From assembly GCA_963745025.1 (NCBI GenBank), contig CAVUWD010000006.1, positions 448,001-512,000 on the forward strand: a stretch of DNA of 64,000 nt, read 5' to 3'. The notes under the pieces are model-generated. The model had not been told where the DNA came from, did no database searches, and saw only the letters and a program-made list of their open reading frames with translations. The stretch comes from an uncultured delta proteobacterium (GTDB lineage: Bacteria > Desulfobacterota > Binatia > JACPRU01). Position numbers and translations under genes: made by a program. Within the stretch, counting starts at the first letter, position 1, and every line of letters starts with the position of its first letter. This document shows, piece after piece, positions 1 through 10,232 of this stretch.

Positions 1-753
1 CCGCGCGTAGGCGATGGCGAGGTTGTAGTGCGCCTGGTAGAACTTCGGGTCCTTGGCCAGCACCTTGCCATACTCGGCGATCGCCTGCTCGGGCTTCCCG
101 CCGTAGAGGTACATGGTTCCGAGGTCGGTGCGCACGTTCAGATCGTCGGGCTTGAGCGCGAGGTAGCGGGTGTAGGAGTCGGTCGCCTCCGCGTACTGGT
201 CGTGATCGAAATGGATGTTGCCGATCCCGCGCAGCGCATCGAGGTCCTTCGCGTCGATCTCGAGCACGTGGCGGAACGACGCCTGCGCTTTGTCCAAATA
301 CCCGCGATCGATCTGGCCGGCCCGGTACTCGACCTCGGCGACGGTCTTCCATGCCCCGAGATCTTTCGGCCGAGCGGCCGCCTTCGCTTCGAGATCCGCG
401 ATGTAGCGCTTCACGTCCGCGGGGATCTCGATCGGCGGATGATTCTCCGGCAGTGTTCCGCCGCTCGCCGCCTCGGGCGCGCCCTTCTCGTCGGGCTTCT
501 GTGCGAGCGGCAATCGACCGGGGGCCTTCGCAGGCGCAAGCACCGCCACCCACAGAGCGAGTCCGACAGTCAGAAAACCGACGAGAACCGCGAGCCCCGC
601 GAACGGCGACGGGGGTCCCCCCGCGTGGGGAATCGGCACCGACTCCGACGAAAGCCGTTTACCGCACGCGCCGCAGAAGCGCACGTTGCGCCCGACCGGC
701 TCGCCGCAGCCAGGGCAGAAGCGGGCTCGACTCTGCGAGGAAGTCTCCTTCAT
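1..753 (-). CDS. Zinc-ribbon + TPR protein (3' end outside window)
   Basis: Manual translation, not in ORF track: MKETSSQSRARFCPGCGEPVGRNVRFCGACG (double CxxC), a TM segment, then TPR-like EQAIAEYGKVLAKDPKFYQAHYNLAIAYAR. Confidence 0.8.
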   Translation of the reverse strand, partial: MKETSSQSRARFCPGCGEPVGRNVRFCGACGKRLSSESVPIPHAGGPPSPFAGLAVLVGFLTVGLALWVAVLAPAKAPGRLPLAQKPDEKGAPEAASGGTLPENHPPIEIPADVKRYIADLEAKAAARPKDLGAWKTVAEVEYRAGQIDRGYLDKAQASFRHVLEIDAKDLDALRGIGNIHFDHDQYAEATDSYTRYLALKPDDLNVRTDLGTMYLYGGKPEQAIAEYGKVLAKDPKFYQAHYNLAIAYAR

Positions 754-878
754 CGAATCAACGAGTCGTCGAGGCCAGAGCTACGACGAAGGAGAGATCC
801 CGACCGAGGCGAGCGAGAGGGATCCGCCGGGCGGGGAGGCGTCGCGCGGCCTGCAATCGCCGCGAGCACTCGGTTCGG

Positions 879-1097
879 TTACGCCGCGGCCTTTTTCCGT
901 CCCTCGACGTCTTCGGCGGTCGCGAAGCAACGGATCGTGCACTGCGCATGATCATCGTGACCGCAGAGCTTCTTGCGTCGAGTACCGGGCACCGCTTGCA
1001 TGACCTTCTGGCAACGCGGGCAGTTGACCTCGGCGAGTGCGCCGAGCTGCCAGCCGCAGGCCGCGCAGATGAAGGTTTGCAAAACGACTGCTTCCAT
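879..1097 (-). CDS. Small Cys/His-rich putative zinc-binding protein
   Basis: MEAVVLQTFICAACG...NCPRCQ...CGHDDHAQC; GGAG RBS upstream of ATG 1097. Confidence 0.55.
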   Translation of the reverse strand: MEAVVLQTFICAACGWQLGALAEVNCPRCQKVMQAVPGTRRKKLCGHDDHAQCTIRCFATAEDVEGRKKAAA

Positions 1098-1249
1098 CCG
1101 CTGAGCTCCTTCCAACCTCATGGAAGCTGAAGTCGTCGGCGGAGTCAATAGAATTTGAGTCTCTTTCGCGAGGAGCGTGCCACTTTGCGGGCATTTTCCT
1201 CCACGATAGATTCGCACGATGGCGGCGGCAAATGGATCGAGGAGGGGCG

Positions 1250-1543
1250 GGAGTGGTCTACCACCGCTTGAACCAGGATCTCCGCACGCACGGACTCTTC
1301 TTTCCGCATTGCCCCCGGGAAGCGCGGACAGCGCCATGATCGGCGGCATGGTTGCCAACGATGCGAGCAGTATCTACTCGGTGAAGTACGGCCGCGCGTG
1401 GCCGATGGCATGGCGGCAACGATGGTCACGCGATCGATCTCGCGGCGCTCGAGCACGGACGAGCGCCCGAGCTCATGAACCAGGTGGTGAAGCGCGTCTT
1501 CGATCCGCGCGGCATCCTGAATCCGGGGAAGATCTGGGAATAG
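1250..1543 (+). pseudogene. Remnant of FAD-linked oxidase (GlcD/D-lactate dehydrogenase-like), internally deleted and frameshifted
   Basis: Fragments GVVYHRLNQDLRTHGLFFP, MIGGMVANDASSIYSVKYG and C-terminal signature VKRVFDPRGILNPGKIWE* within 300 bp. Confidence 0.7.
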
Positions 1544-1637
1544 CGGCTTTCAGCCGTCGCCCGTCGGCTTTCGGGAAAGCCATCGCGAAGTCTTTTGCCG
1601 AGAGCCGAGAGCTGATAGCCGATAACCGGTGCCAATC

Positions 1638-1814
1638 ATGCGCTTCGACCTGCCGTACGCCGCGGCGATCGTCGACCTCGCCGAGGGCTCGCGCACGATG
1701 ACGAACCTCGTCGACGTCGAGCACGCCGGCCTACACGTCGGCATGGCGGTCGAGGTGGTGTTTCAGAAGATCGCGGACGACGTCGCGATTCGGGTCCTCC
1801 GGCCGGCGAAGTAG
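1638..1814 (+). pseudogene. DUF35/OB-fold acyl-CoA-associated domain fragment (N-terminal Zn ribbon missing)
   Basis: LPYAAAIVDLAEGSRTMTNLVD...VGMAVEVVF. Confidence 0.7.
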
Positions 1815-1838
1815 GAAGCAACGATCGAGAACGCACGA

Positions 1839-2582
1839 TTGGAAGCGGTTTCCGTGGAGGCGCCAAGACGCTCGCTCTTCAAGCGAATCCGGCGTCGGTT
1901 GCACCCCATCTTCGGTCCGCCGCTGCTCGCCCTCGCCCAGGCGATCGTGCCGCGCCTCTACGTCGCTTACATGTGGCTCGTCTGGAAGACGAGCCGCGTC
2001 GAGGACTGCGGCTACGGGCGCGCTCCCGCGCTGCGCGACGAGCACAACGGTCTGGTGGCGCTTCTCTGGCACGAGGAAGTGTTCTCGGTCGCCTGGGACT
2101 ACCGGGCGATGCGGCCACACACGCTCGCGAGCGTCGGCGATTCGGGCGAGATGATCACGCGGCTTCTCGAGCTCTGCGGCTACGTAGTCTTCCGCGGCGG
2201 CTCCTCGAAGCGCGCCTCGCGCCGGCGCGACTTCGTGCTCGCCGCGATGGTCTCGCACATGAAGACGACCGACCGGGTCATCTACGGCATCACGGTCGAC
2301 GGCTCCTACGGCCCGTATCACGAGGTGAAGCCGGGCGGGCTGATGATCGCGCTCAAGTGCAAGAAGCCGATCGTGCTCGTCCGCACCTGGGCGAAGCGCA
2401 ACCTCCACTTGCCGACCTGGGACCGCATGGTCGTCCCCCTGCCCTTCAACCACATCCGTCAGTTCCTGCGCGGGCCCTTCTTCGTCCCCGCGGACGCGAG
2501 CGACCCCGCGGTGTTCGAGAGATTTCGGCTCGAGATGCAGAACGAACTCGCCAAGCTCGCCGAGGAGTCGAAAGTCTGGTGA
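1839..2582 (+). CDS. DUF374 / lysophospholipid acyltransferase family protein
   Basis: ALLWH..., RGGSSKR, ITVDGSYGP, WDRMVVPLPF motifs. Confidence 0.8.
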   Translation: MEAVSVEAPRRSLFKRIRRRLHPIFGPPLLALAQAIVPRLYVAYMWLVWKTSRVEDCGYGRAPALRDEHNGLVALLWHEEVFSVAWDYRAMRPHTLASVGDSGEMITRLLELCGYVVFRGGSSKRASRRRDFVLAAMVSHMKTTDRVIYGITVDGSYGPYHEVKPGGLMIALKCKKPIVLVRTWAKRNLHLPTWDRMVVPLPFNHIRQFLRGPFFVPADASDPAVFERFRLEMQNELAKLAEESKVW

Positions 2583-2621
2583 CCGAGCGCCGCGAGGAGA
2601 TCAGCGACGGGCGAGGAAGGC

Positions 2622-2992
2622 ATGAGCCGCCCGCTCCAGGTCCCGCTTGAGATCGAGGTGGTGCGCCAAGTCGCCCGCGCGATCGCGGCTCGGTGCAGCT
2701 ACGCGCGGCGTCGTGCGTCGTACATTGCGAGCAGGCGCTCGCGCGCATCGACGATTTCTTGGAGCCGCTGGTCACCGACGTGCACTCGCGCCGAGAGTCG
2801 GCTCTGGTGGACGACGAGTTCGCCAGCGAGGGTGAACGGCTCGTAGCGCAGTCGTTTCGGTCGGGCGTCTTGGAGGCGCTCCGGCAGGGCGCATCTCTCG
2901 AGCACGCTGAACACGTGGAACGTCAGCGCGTTGAATGCGTAGAGCGGAGTTGTGGCTCGAGGACTCTCGCGGCGGCGGTCGATTGGGTGTAG
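2622..2992 (+). pseudogene. Hypothetical protein, apparently frameshifted near 2700
   Basis: MSRPLQVPLEIEVVRQ... (RBS GAGG) seems to continue in another frame as ASCVVHCEQALARIDDFLEP... Confidence 0.4.
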
Positions 2993-3002
2993 CCCGAAGT
3001 GG

Positions 3003-4439
3003 ATGGAGAACCGTTTCCTCCGCGACGTGCTGCTCATCGCCGTCGTCGGCGCGGCCACGCTGCTTCCCTTCCTCGGCCAGAGTCACGCCGTCTCGTCGCA
3101 CGAAATCCGCCACGCGGAGATTGCCCGCGAGATGGCGCAGAGCGGGAACTTCCTGATTCCGACCCTGCTCGGCCATCCCTATCGCGACAAGCCGCCAGTG
3201 CTGAGCGCGGCGATCGCGATCCTGTTTCGCTCAAACGGCGAGCCGTCAATCGCGCTGGCGCGGCTGCCCTGCGCCGTGGCGGCCGTCGCCGGCGCAATCC
3301 TTCTCTACGGTCTCGGTTGCACGCTGACGGAGCGGCGGGCCGCCCTGCTCGCCGCGCTCGGCGTGCTCGGCGTCCAGGGCTATCAGGACATGGCTCGAAC
3401 GGGTCGTCCGGACATGATCTTTACCCTGGCGATCCTCACCGCCGCGCTGGCATCGATCCGCGCCCTCGAGCCGAGCCGCACCCGCCGCGCGGCTTTGGGA
3501 TTCGCCGTTGCCGGCGCGGCCTGCACCGTCGCGAGCCTGCTCAAGGGGCCGCTCGCGTGGGCGTTCTGCGCGCTCTTCCCATACCTCGCCTGGCTTCGCG
3601 CGACGGGCTTACGGTTTCCAGGCATCCGCGACTGGCTCGCCTTCGCGGTCGGCTTCACAGCCGCGGCCGCCATCTGGGTGGTTCCGGTGCTGCGCCTGGA
3701 CGGGGGCGTCTACCTAGCGAGCTTCCTCACCCAGCCCGATCTGACCACCTGGCATCTGGTCGACACGTTTCGCCGCATCCACTGGCCGTGGATGTACGGC
3801 CTCATCAGCTTGCTGCCACTCACCTTCTTCCTGCCCGTGGTCGTCGTCGATGCGCGCAAGCGCGGTCTCGGCGCGCCGCTCGCGATCGCTCTCGCCATGC
3901 TCGTCGTTCTCTCGCTGATCCCCAAGAAGCGGATGCACTACCAGTTGCCCGTCTATCCCTTCCTGGCTCTCGGCGTGGCGGACGCGGTCGTTCGTTTCAC
4001 CGGGCGGCGCTCGATCGAGCGCACCGCGTGGACTCTCGTCGCGCTCTCGCTCGTCGCCGGCCCGCTCTACTTTGGTGTGCTCCTGCCACACCTCCGTCCC
4101 GGCGAGGATCCGGATATCGCCGCCGCTCGGCGGATCCTCGCCGAGACCATCCCCACGCAGCGGATCATCGCCGTCGGCGAGATGGCCGAGACGATTGCCT
4201 TCGTCGGGCGGCGCGCCGACGTCCTCGAGCAGACGATCGGAGAGGAAATCGTCGATTCCCTCAACGCGAGCGCGAGCGGCGCCTTGATCGTCGTCGATCG
4301 CTCGGAGCAAGGCATCCTCGATCCGGTCCGAGCTCGGATGGGGCTCGACGAGGTTCGGCGAATCGAAGGAGATCATCGGACCTGGCTCGTCTATCGAGTC
4401 CCTTCGGCGGGTTTGCCGCCCGGGCGTGGGAGTCCGTGA
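3003..4439 (+). CDS. ArnT/GT39-like membrane glycosyltransferase
   Basis: HEIRHAEIAREM..GNFLIPTL..YRDKPP, ARLP, LLKGP; many TM helices. Confidence 0.85.
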   Translation: MENRFLRDVLLIAVVGAATLLPFLGQSHAVSSHEIRHAEIAREMAQSGNFLIPTLLGHPYRDKPPVLSAAIAILFRSNGEPSIALARLPCAVAAVAGAILLYGLGCTLTERRAALLAALGVLGVQGYQDMARTGRPDMIFTLAILTAALASIRALEPSRTRRAALGFAVAGAACTVASLLKGPLAWAFCALFPYLAWLRATGLRFPGIRDWLAFAVGFTAAAAIWVVPVLRLDGGVYLASFLTQPDLTTWHLVDTFRRIHWPWMYGLISLLPLTFFLPVVVVDARKRGLGAPLAIALAMLVVLSLIPKKRMHYQLPVYPFLALGVADAVVRFTGRRSIERTAWTLVALSLVAGPLYFGVLLPHLRPGEDPDIAAARRILAETIPTQRIIAVGEMAETIAFVGRRADVLEQTIGEEIVDSLNASASGALIVVDRSEQGILDPVRARMGLDEVRRIEGDHRTWLVYRVPSAGLPPGRGSP

Positions 4440-4475
4440 CGTGCTTGGCGCATTCCGCTAGAAACGGGCTCACGC

Positions 4476-5342
4476 ATGAAGAACCGCGGCGTCGTATCGG
4501 TGATCGGTCGCGATCAGAAGGGCATCGTCGCGCGCGTCTCGACCTACCTGGCGTCGCAGAACATCAACATCGAGGACATCGGGCAGCGCGTCGTCGAGGG
4601 CCTGTTCATCATGAGCATGCTCGTCGACCTGACCGACGTCTCGACGACGCTCGACGAAGTGATTCTCGGCCTCAAGAAAATCGGCGGCGAGATCGGCGTC
4701 GAGGTGACGCTCCGGCTCGCCGGCGGGGGCGAGCGTAAGCGCTTCGCGATCCTCCTCACCAAGGAGCCACGCTGCCTCGAGACACTGGTTCGCGACTATC
4801 GCGCGGGCAAACTCAATGGCGAGCCCGTGGTCGCGCTCTCCAACCACGAGGTGCTGCGCGGCGTCGCCGAGGCGGCGGGCATCCCCTTCCTCTGGCGCGG
4901 TGCCGAAGACAAGGCTCTGCACGAAGCGTTCCTCGTCGAGAACATCCGCGAGTTCCGCGCGGAGCTCGTCGTGCTCGCACGCTACATGCGCATCCTCTCA
5001 CCGGAGTTCGTCAACCGGTTCCCGAACCGCATCATCAATATCCACCCGTCGCTGCTGCCGTACCATCCCGGCGCCAACGCCTACAAGCAGGCGTGGGAGG
5101 AGGGCGTGCGGGTGTCGGGATGCACGGCGCACTTTGTAACCGCGCAGCTCGATCAGGGTCCGGTGATCTTGCAGGACGTCTTCCCGATCCGCGTCGGCGA
5201 AGACACGCTCGAGGACGTAAGGGCCAAGGGTCGCGCCCTCGAGGGCGAGGTGCTGTCGCAGGCGGTGCAGCTCTGCTTGAACGATCAACTGATCGTCAAA
5301 GACAACAAGGTGATCTTCAAGCCGGGGAGGCTCGAAGCGTGA
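4476..5342 (+). CDS. purU: Formyltetrahydrofolate deformylase
   Basis: ACT domain (DQKGIVARVS), VVLARYMRILS, INIHPSLLP, GCTAHFVT..LDQGPVI. Confidence 0.93.
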   Translation: MKNRGVVSVIGRDQKGIVARVSTYLASQNINIEDIGQRVVEGLFIMSMLVDLTDVSTTLDEVILGLKKIGGEIGVEVTLRLAGGGERKRFAILLTKEPRCLETLVRDYRAGKLNGEPVVALSNHEVLRGVAEAAGIPFLWRGAEDKALHEAFLVENIREFRAELVVLARYMRILSPEFVNRFPNRIINIHPSLLPYHPGANAYKQAWEEGVRVSGCTAHFVTAQLDQGPVILQDVFPIRVGEDTLEDVRAKGRALEGEVLSQAVQLCLNDQLIVKDNKVIFKPGRLEA

Positions 5343-5497
5343 GAGCATGGACGGCGCTCGCGCTGCTCGCGGCAATGCCTTCGGTCGGCTGCCGTCTGTC
5401 CGTCTGGTCGTGGAGCTCGGCGTCGGGCACCCACGAGCTCTCGGTTCCGCCCGCGGCGGCGGCGACGCCCGAGCCGACCCCCGAGAGCCGCTACTGA
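5339..5497 (+). CDS. Small putative lipoprotein
   Basis: GTGA overlap with purU stop; hydrophobic N-terminus then VGC. Confidence 0.4.
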   Translation: MRAWTALALLAAMPSVGCRLSVWSWSSASGTHELSVPPAAAATPEPTPESRY

Positions 5498-5515
5498 CCC
5501 AGGCGCCACGGAGGC

Positions 5516-5986
5516 CTACTTGCGCATCTGCTGCGCGAGATAGTTCTGCTCGCCGACTTGCTGGATCAGCTCGAGCTGCGCCTCGAGCCAGTTCACGTGA
5601 TCTTCTTCGGATTCCAGGATGTCCTCGAAGAGTTCGCGCGAGCCGTTGTCGCCGACGTCGGTGGCAAGCGCGATCGCCTTGTTCAGTCTCGTGACCGCCT
5701 CGAGCTCGAGCTCGCGATCGAGCTTCAGCTGTTCGGCTACTTTCTCGCCGACTTTCACTTTTGCGAGGCGCTGCATGTTGGGCACCCCTTCGAGAAAGAG
5801 GATTCGTTCGATCAGCTCCTCGGCATGCTTCATCTCCTCCATCGATTCCTTGCGAATCGTTTCCGCGAGCCGTTCGTAGCCCCAGTTGTCGCACATCTTC
5901 GCGTGGACGAAGTATTGATTGATGCCGGTGAGCTCGGCGGTGAGGACATCGTTCAGCGCCTCGATGATCTTGCCGTTTCCCTTCAT
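5516..5986 (-). CDS. bfr: Bacterioferritin
   Basis: MKG..., [36 protein letters not shown]. Confidence 0.97.
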   Translation of the reverse strand: MKGNGKIIEALNDVLTAELTGINQYFVHAKMCDNWGYERLAETIRKESMEEMKHAEELIERILFLEGVPNMQRLAKVKVGEKVAEQLKLDRELELEAVTRLNKAIALATDVGDNGSRELFEDILESEEDHVNWLEAQLELIQQVGEQNYLAQQMRK

Positions 5987-6033
5987 GCGTCGCTCCTCTT
6001 TGCCCGCCGACGTTGGCGCGCGCGGCGTGATGA

Positions 6034-6243
6034 TCAGGCAGCCGACCGGGTTCGATGCTCGTCCCGGGGATTATGCAGCGCCGCGCTCGCCGCGGAAAGC
6101 ATCGCTCCGATCTCGTCGCGACACGGGGCACAGCGGCGGCCTGCGCCGCATTGGCGCGCGATCTCGGCCACGCTTCTCGCGCCTTCGCCGATCAGGCGCT
6201 GGATGGTCGAGTCGGTCACGGCGGCGCAATTACAAACGATCAT
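6034..6243 (-). CDS. bfd: Bacterioferritin-associated ferredoxin [2Fe-2S]
   Basis: MIVCNCAAVTD...CGAGRRCAPC; directly upstream of bfr. Confidence 0.9.
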   Translation of the reverse strand: MIVCNCAAVTDSTIQRLIGEGARSVAEIARQCGAGRRCAPCRDEIGAMLSAASAALHNPRDEHRTRSAA

Positions 6244-6255
6244 GATCCCTACTCC

Positions 6256-6295
6256 GATTTTGAAATTCATTATCAATTCCTCCGGGGGCTGTCAA
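6256..6295 (-). promoter_or_regulatory. Fur-box-like operator overlapping a sigma70-like promoter of bfd-bfr
   Basis: Minus strand GATAATGAATTTCAAAATC (6274-6256), 14/19 match to GATAATGATAATCATTATC; TTGACA at 6295-6290. Confidence 0.7.
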
Positions 6296-6384
6296 CCGCG
6301 ACCGACGTGCCCCCGAACGGGCATTCACGCATGGTCGTCTTCCTCCGCTTGCGGACGACGGCGGTCGTGCTTACCTTCTTTTTG

Positions 6385-7470
6385 ATGGCGACGGTTCCGC
6401 ACGAAGCGCGTTGGTGGCGGCCGCTCGGAAACGGCAAGCTCCTCTGTTACCTATGCCCTCGCCTCTGCGAGATACCCGAGGGCAAGGCCGGCTTCTGCTT
6501 CATCCGCAAGAACGTCGGCGGTCGGTTATTGAGCCTCGGCTACGGTAAATCGACGGGCTTTGCCGTCGACCCGGTCGAGAAGAAGCCGCTCAACCATTTC
6601 CTACCCGGCACGTCGGTGTTGTCGTTCGGTACCGCCGGCTGCAATCTCGGCTGCAAGTTCTGCCAAAACTGGAACATCAGCAAGGCGCGCATCGACGAGA
6701 AGCGAAGTGAGCGCGGGTCACCGGAGGACGTCGTCGAGCTCGCTCTCCGCACGGGATGCGCGGGGATCGCGTATACGTACAACGATCCGGTGATCTGGGC
6801 GGAGTACGCGATCGACATCGCCCGCGTCGCCCGTGAAGCCGGGTTGAAAAACGTCTTCGTCTCCGCGGGCTACATCACTCCCGAGGCGCGGCCCGAAATC
6901 TACCGTTACATGGACGCGACCAACATCGACTTGAAAGCGTTCACGGAGGACTTCTACCGGCACGTGACCCTGTCGCACCTCGAGCCGGTGAAGGACACGC
7001 TCGTCTGGCTGAAGCACGAGACCGACGTGTGGTTCGAGATCACCACGCTGCTGATCCCCGGCCGCAATGATTCCGATCTGGAGATCGCCGAGGAGTGCGA
7101 GTGGGTCGCCGAGGCGCTCGGCCCAGACGTTCCCCTCCACTTCACCGCCTTCCATCCCGACTTCAAGATGGTCGATCTTCCGAGCACACCGGCGTCCACG
7201 TTGCGCCGCGCCCGCGAGATCGCACGGCGTGCAGGTATACGTTACTGCTACGTCGGCAACGTCCACGACCGGGACGGGCAGACGACCTTCTGCCCGCAGT
7301 GCGGCGCGGTGCTCATCCGCCGCGACTGGCACGCGATTCTCTCCTACCGGCTGATCGGGAACCGTTGCCCTGATTGCGCCCTCGAGATCCCCGGCGTGTT
7401 CGACCAGGCGGATCACTCCGCGGACGACGTGCGCACGGGCGGCGGCCGCTGGCGCGTGTCCCTCGAGTGA
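6385..7470 (+). CDS. amrS: AmmeMemoRadiSam system radical SAM enzyme
   Basis: CYLCPRLC, DPVEKKPLNHF, GCNLGCKFCQNW (CxxxCxxC), YTYNDP, PLHFTAFHP. Confidence 0.92.
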   Translation: MATVPHEARWWRPLGNGKLLCYLCPRLCEIPEGKAGFCFIRKNVGGRLLSLGYGKSTGFAVDPVEKKPLNHFLPGTSVLSFGTAGCNLGCKFCQNWNISKARIDEKRSERGSPEDVVELALRTGCAGIAYTYNDPVIWAEYAIDIARVAREAGLKNVFVSAGYITPEARPEIYRYMDATNIDLKAFTEDFYRHVTLSHLEPVKDTLVWLKHETDVWFEITTLLIPGRNDSDLEIAEECEWVAEALGPDVPLHFTAFHPDFKMVDLPSTPASTLRRAREIARRAGIRYCYVGNVHDRDGQTTFCPQCGAVLIRRDWHAILSYRLIGNRCPDCALEIPGVFDQADHSADDVRTGGGRWRVSLE

Positions 7471-7560
7471 CGAGACGGTTGGCGTGGGGCTCGCTCGCGG
7501 TGAGCTCGTGCGCAGGCGAGTTCGTCGGTTGATTCAGATTGGGTGCGACTGCGCCACACG

Positions 7561-7758
7561 CTAGCGGAGCGGCCGAACGTCCTTGTACTTGTCGCGCGAG
7601 GTTTCGACCAAGTTCTTCACGACTCGCTCGGCGTCGCGATCGATCGCGCTCTTGCGGTTGAGCAACCACGTGAGCACGAAAAAGGCAACCACGCCCACGA
7701 CGATCGGCACCGGGTGATGCTTCGCCCAATAGATCAAGAACTCGATGAGATCCGCCAT
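7561..7758 (-). CDS. Small single-TM hypothetical protein
   Basis: 65 aa, one TM helix, GGAG RBS. Confidence 0.65.
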   Translation of the reverse strand: MADLIEFLIYWAKHHPVPIVVGVVAFFVLTWLLNRKSAIDRDAERVVKNLVETSRDKYKDVRPLR

Positions 7759-7779
7759 GATTCTGCTCCCGATTGTAGA

Positions 7780-10176
7780 CTAGCACAGTGCCCCGAACAG
7801 CGAACAGAGAATAGGCGACGACGCCGACTCCGGCCGCAGCGCGAGCCGTCCACCCCCGATGGAGACCCCCACCGAGCCCTCACGATCGGTACGCAAGATA
7901 CGAGTTCCGAAGCGTCGATAGCGGGCGAGCACGGCGGGATGCGGAAAGCCGTAAGAGTTGCCGGCTCCGAGAGAGAATACGGCGAGCGCCGGCTTTGTCC
8001 AGCGGAGAAACACCTCCCCGCTCGACGTCGCGCTACCATGGTGCGGAACTTTGAGCACCGTCACCGGAAACGGCCGAACGCTCGATGCCATGACCGCCTC
8101 TCCCGTCGCCTCCACGTCGCCCGTGAAGAGCACAGACCGCTCGCCGGCGATCAGCCGCAGCACGAGCGATGAGTCGTTTGGCGAGAGGGCACTTCCGGCG
8201 GGAGGGTGCAGGCACTCGATCCGCACATCTCCTGCCGCAGCCGCGGTATCGCCGGGCAGCAGCGGGCGAATGATGCCGCCGCTTTTCCGCACCTCCCCTT
8301 CGAGCTCGGCCAGTCTCGCCCTCTCGTCGGCTCGCGCCCCGATCCAGAGCTCTCGAGGCGCGAATTCCCGTGCCAGGAAGTGGAGCCCTCCTTGGTGATC
8401 CCAGTCGCCGTGCGTGGCCACGAGGGAATCGATGCGCAGGATCCGCCGCGACCAGAGATACGGGGCGATCACGCGCTGGCCGACGTCGAAGCGGCTGTGC
8501 CCAAAGCCGCCTCCGTCGATGACCACCACCCGCCCGCCCGGCAGCTCCACGACTGCCGAGTCCCCCTGACCGACGTCCAGAAAGCGCACCCGAAGGTCCG
8601 CATGCAGCCAGCGCTCGTGCGTCCACCAGGCCGCGTCCAGCATCAAGCCGAGCAACGCAACGGCAACGGTCAGGCGGCGCCGCTCTAGCCGCAGCCAGGG
8701 AAGGCCGAGAAGGGCATAGATCGCGGCGATCTCGACGAGCGTCGGTGTCGGCACCCATATACTCGCCAACGGTACCGCCGCGGCGACCGCGATCCCGGAT
8801 TGCAGGAGTTCGAGCGGCCAGTAGGCGAGCGCGAACGTGGCTCGCGCCAACGGCTCGGAGACGAGCGACAGCCCCGCGCCGGCGAGACCGAGGATCGTCG
8901 CCGGCGTTCCAGCAAGCGGCACCAACAGCGGATTCGTCAGCAAGCCGATCGGCGTCACTCGATTGAAGTGGAGCGCGACCAGCGGAGCCGTGCCGGCGAG
9001 CGCTGCCGCGGGAACCAGCAGGGCGAGCAGAAGACGCCGGCGGAGCCGCGCGGCCGCGTCGGCGGGCACGGAGGACCGCGCACGTTCGGGCATCATTTGC
9101 GCGGCGAGAATCAACGACAGCACCGACGCGAACGAGAGCTGGAACGAAACGTCGAGCGGAGAGCCGGGCCATCGCATCGCCAGCGCTCCCGCGGTCAAGC
9201 AGAGCACGCGGAGGGGCTTGACCTCACGCGCGCTGGCGAGGCTCGCGACGAAGAGCCCGGTCATTGCCACCGAGCGTGCGGCCGGCACGCTGAGCCCCGC
9301 AAGCGCCGCGTAGAGCGCCGCCGGAACCAGTGCCGCGAGCGCTGCGAGCGCCCGCACGTGGGCGTGGAGCAGCAGCCACTCGCTGCGAGAAAGAGTCCAG
9401 CCGACGATCGCGAAGGCGATGCCCCAAACGAGCGCGATGTGGAGCCCCGACACCGAGAGCAGATGTGCCAGGCCGGCGGCCGCCACTCGGTTCCAAAGAT
9501 CGGCGGGCACCGCTGCCTCGTCTCCGACTACCAGCGCCCGGAGCAGCGCCGCGTCCGGTGGCGGCAGCGAGGCGTCGATCAGCCGGCCGATTCGCTGCCG
9601 TTCGGTCGCTAGCCACGTGCCCCAGTTTACTGAAACGATTCGCGCGAGGCCGGCAGAGGTCGCATACGCGGTCGTCCAGATCCCGCGACGCGCCAACGCC
9701 CCCCGCGCGTCGTATGCCCGTGGGTTGGCGAAGTTTCGCGGCCGGCGGAGGCTTGCATGCACGCGCACCCGCTCGCCGACGGCGAGGTCGGCGGGTGGAG
9801 CCACGATCGTCAACAGGACGCTTCCGCAAATTCGCTCGGGCTCGTGTCCCGGCGCTCGTACGATCGCGCGCACGCGGACACCTTCGTCGACCGGGCTCGG
9901 TGGATCCACGAGCTCCGCCTCGATCCAGAGCTTGGCCGGCTGGCCCTCTTCGGGGACGAAACAGTCGGTCCGAGGCGGATCGAGCGCGCGGGAAGCGGTC
10001 CACAGGCCGAGCGTCGCGGCGGCGAGGCAACTCGAGGGAACGAGAAGCCTCCGCAGCCGCTTCGGCAGCACGCCGAGCGCGCAGCACGCCGTCATCAGCA
10101 GCGCGGGGCGCGTCTCGAGCCGGAGCCAAGCCGAAAGCAGCTGGCCGCCGAGAAACAAGAGCGAGATCCGGATCAC
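7780..10176 (-). CDS. comEC: ComEC/Rec2 DNA uptake protein
   Basis: GLAHLLSVSGLH, SFQLSF, FLDVGQGD, THGDWDHQGG, LKVPHHGS. Confidence 0.93.
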   Translation of the reverse strand: MIRISLLFLGGQLLSAWLRLETRPALLMTACCALGVLPKRLRRLLVPSSCLAAATLGLWTASRALDPPRTDCFVPEEGQPAKLWIEAELVDPPSPVDEGVRVRAIVRAPGHEPERICGSVLLTIVAPPADLAVGERVRVHASLRRPRNFANPRAYDARGALARRGIWTTAYATSAGLARIVSVNWGTWLATERQRIGRLIDASLPPPDAALLRALVVGDEAAVPADLWNRVAAAGLAHLLSVSGLHIALVWGIAFAIVGWTLSRSEWLLLHAHVRALAALAALVPAALYAALAGLSVPAARSVAMTGLFVASLASAREVKPLRVLCLTAGALAMRWPGSPLDVSFQLSFASVLSLILAAQMMPERARSSVPADAAARLRRRLLLALLVPAAALAGTAPLVALHFNRVTPIGLLTNPLLVPLAGTPATILGLAGAGLSLVSEPLARATFALAYWPLELLQSGIAVAAAVPLASIWVPTPTLVEIAAIYALLGLPWLRLERRRLTVAVALLGLMLDAAWWTHERWLHADLRVRFLDVGQGDSAVVELPGGRVVVIDGGGFGHSRFDVGQRVIAPYLWSRRILRIDSLVATHGDWDHQGGLHFLAREFAPRELWIGARADERARLAELEGEVRKSGGIIRPLLPGDTAAAAGDVRIECLHPPAGSALSPNDSSLVLRLIAGERSVLFTGDVEATGEAVMASSVRPFPVTVLKVPHHGSATSSGEVFLRWTKPALAVFSLGAGNSYGFPHPAVLARYRRFGTRILRTDREGSVGVSIGGGRLALRPESASSPILCSLFGALC

Positions 10177-10232
10177 CGCAGCGTCTCCGCACGAGCCGCG
10201 CGGAGACGCTGGAGGATGGCGGAGTTACAGTA

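Noticed and set aside
28-951. Long plus-strand ORF, and similar ones such as 9330-11189, 16213-18351, 41716-42984
   Set aside because: Antisense or alternate-frame shadows of real genes, expected at high GC
6385-7470. Radical SAM as a possible RiPP maturase with nearby small ORFs
   Set aside because: Motifs fit the AmmeMemoRadiSam enzyme; no SPASM domain or precursor pattern
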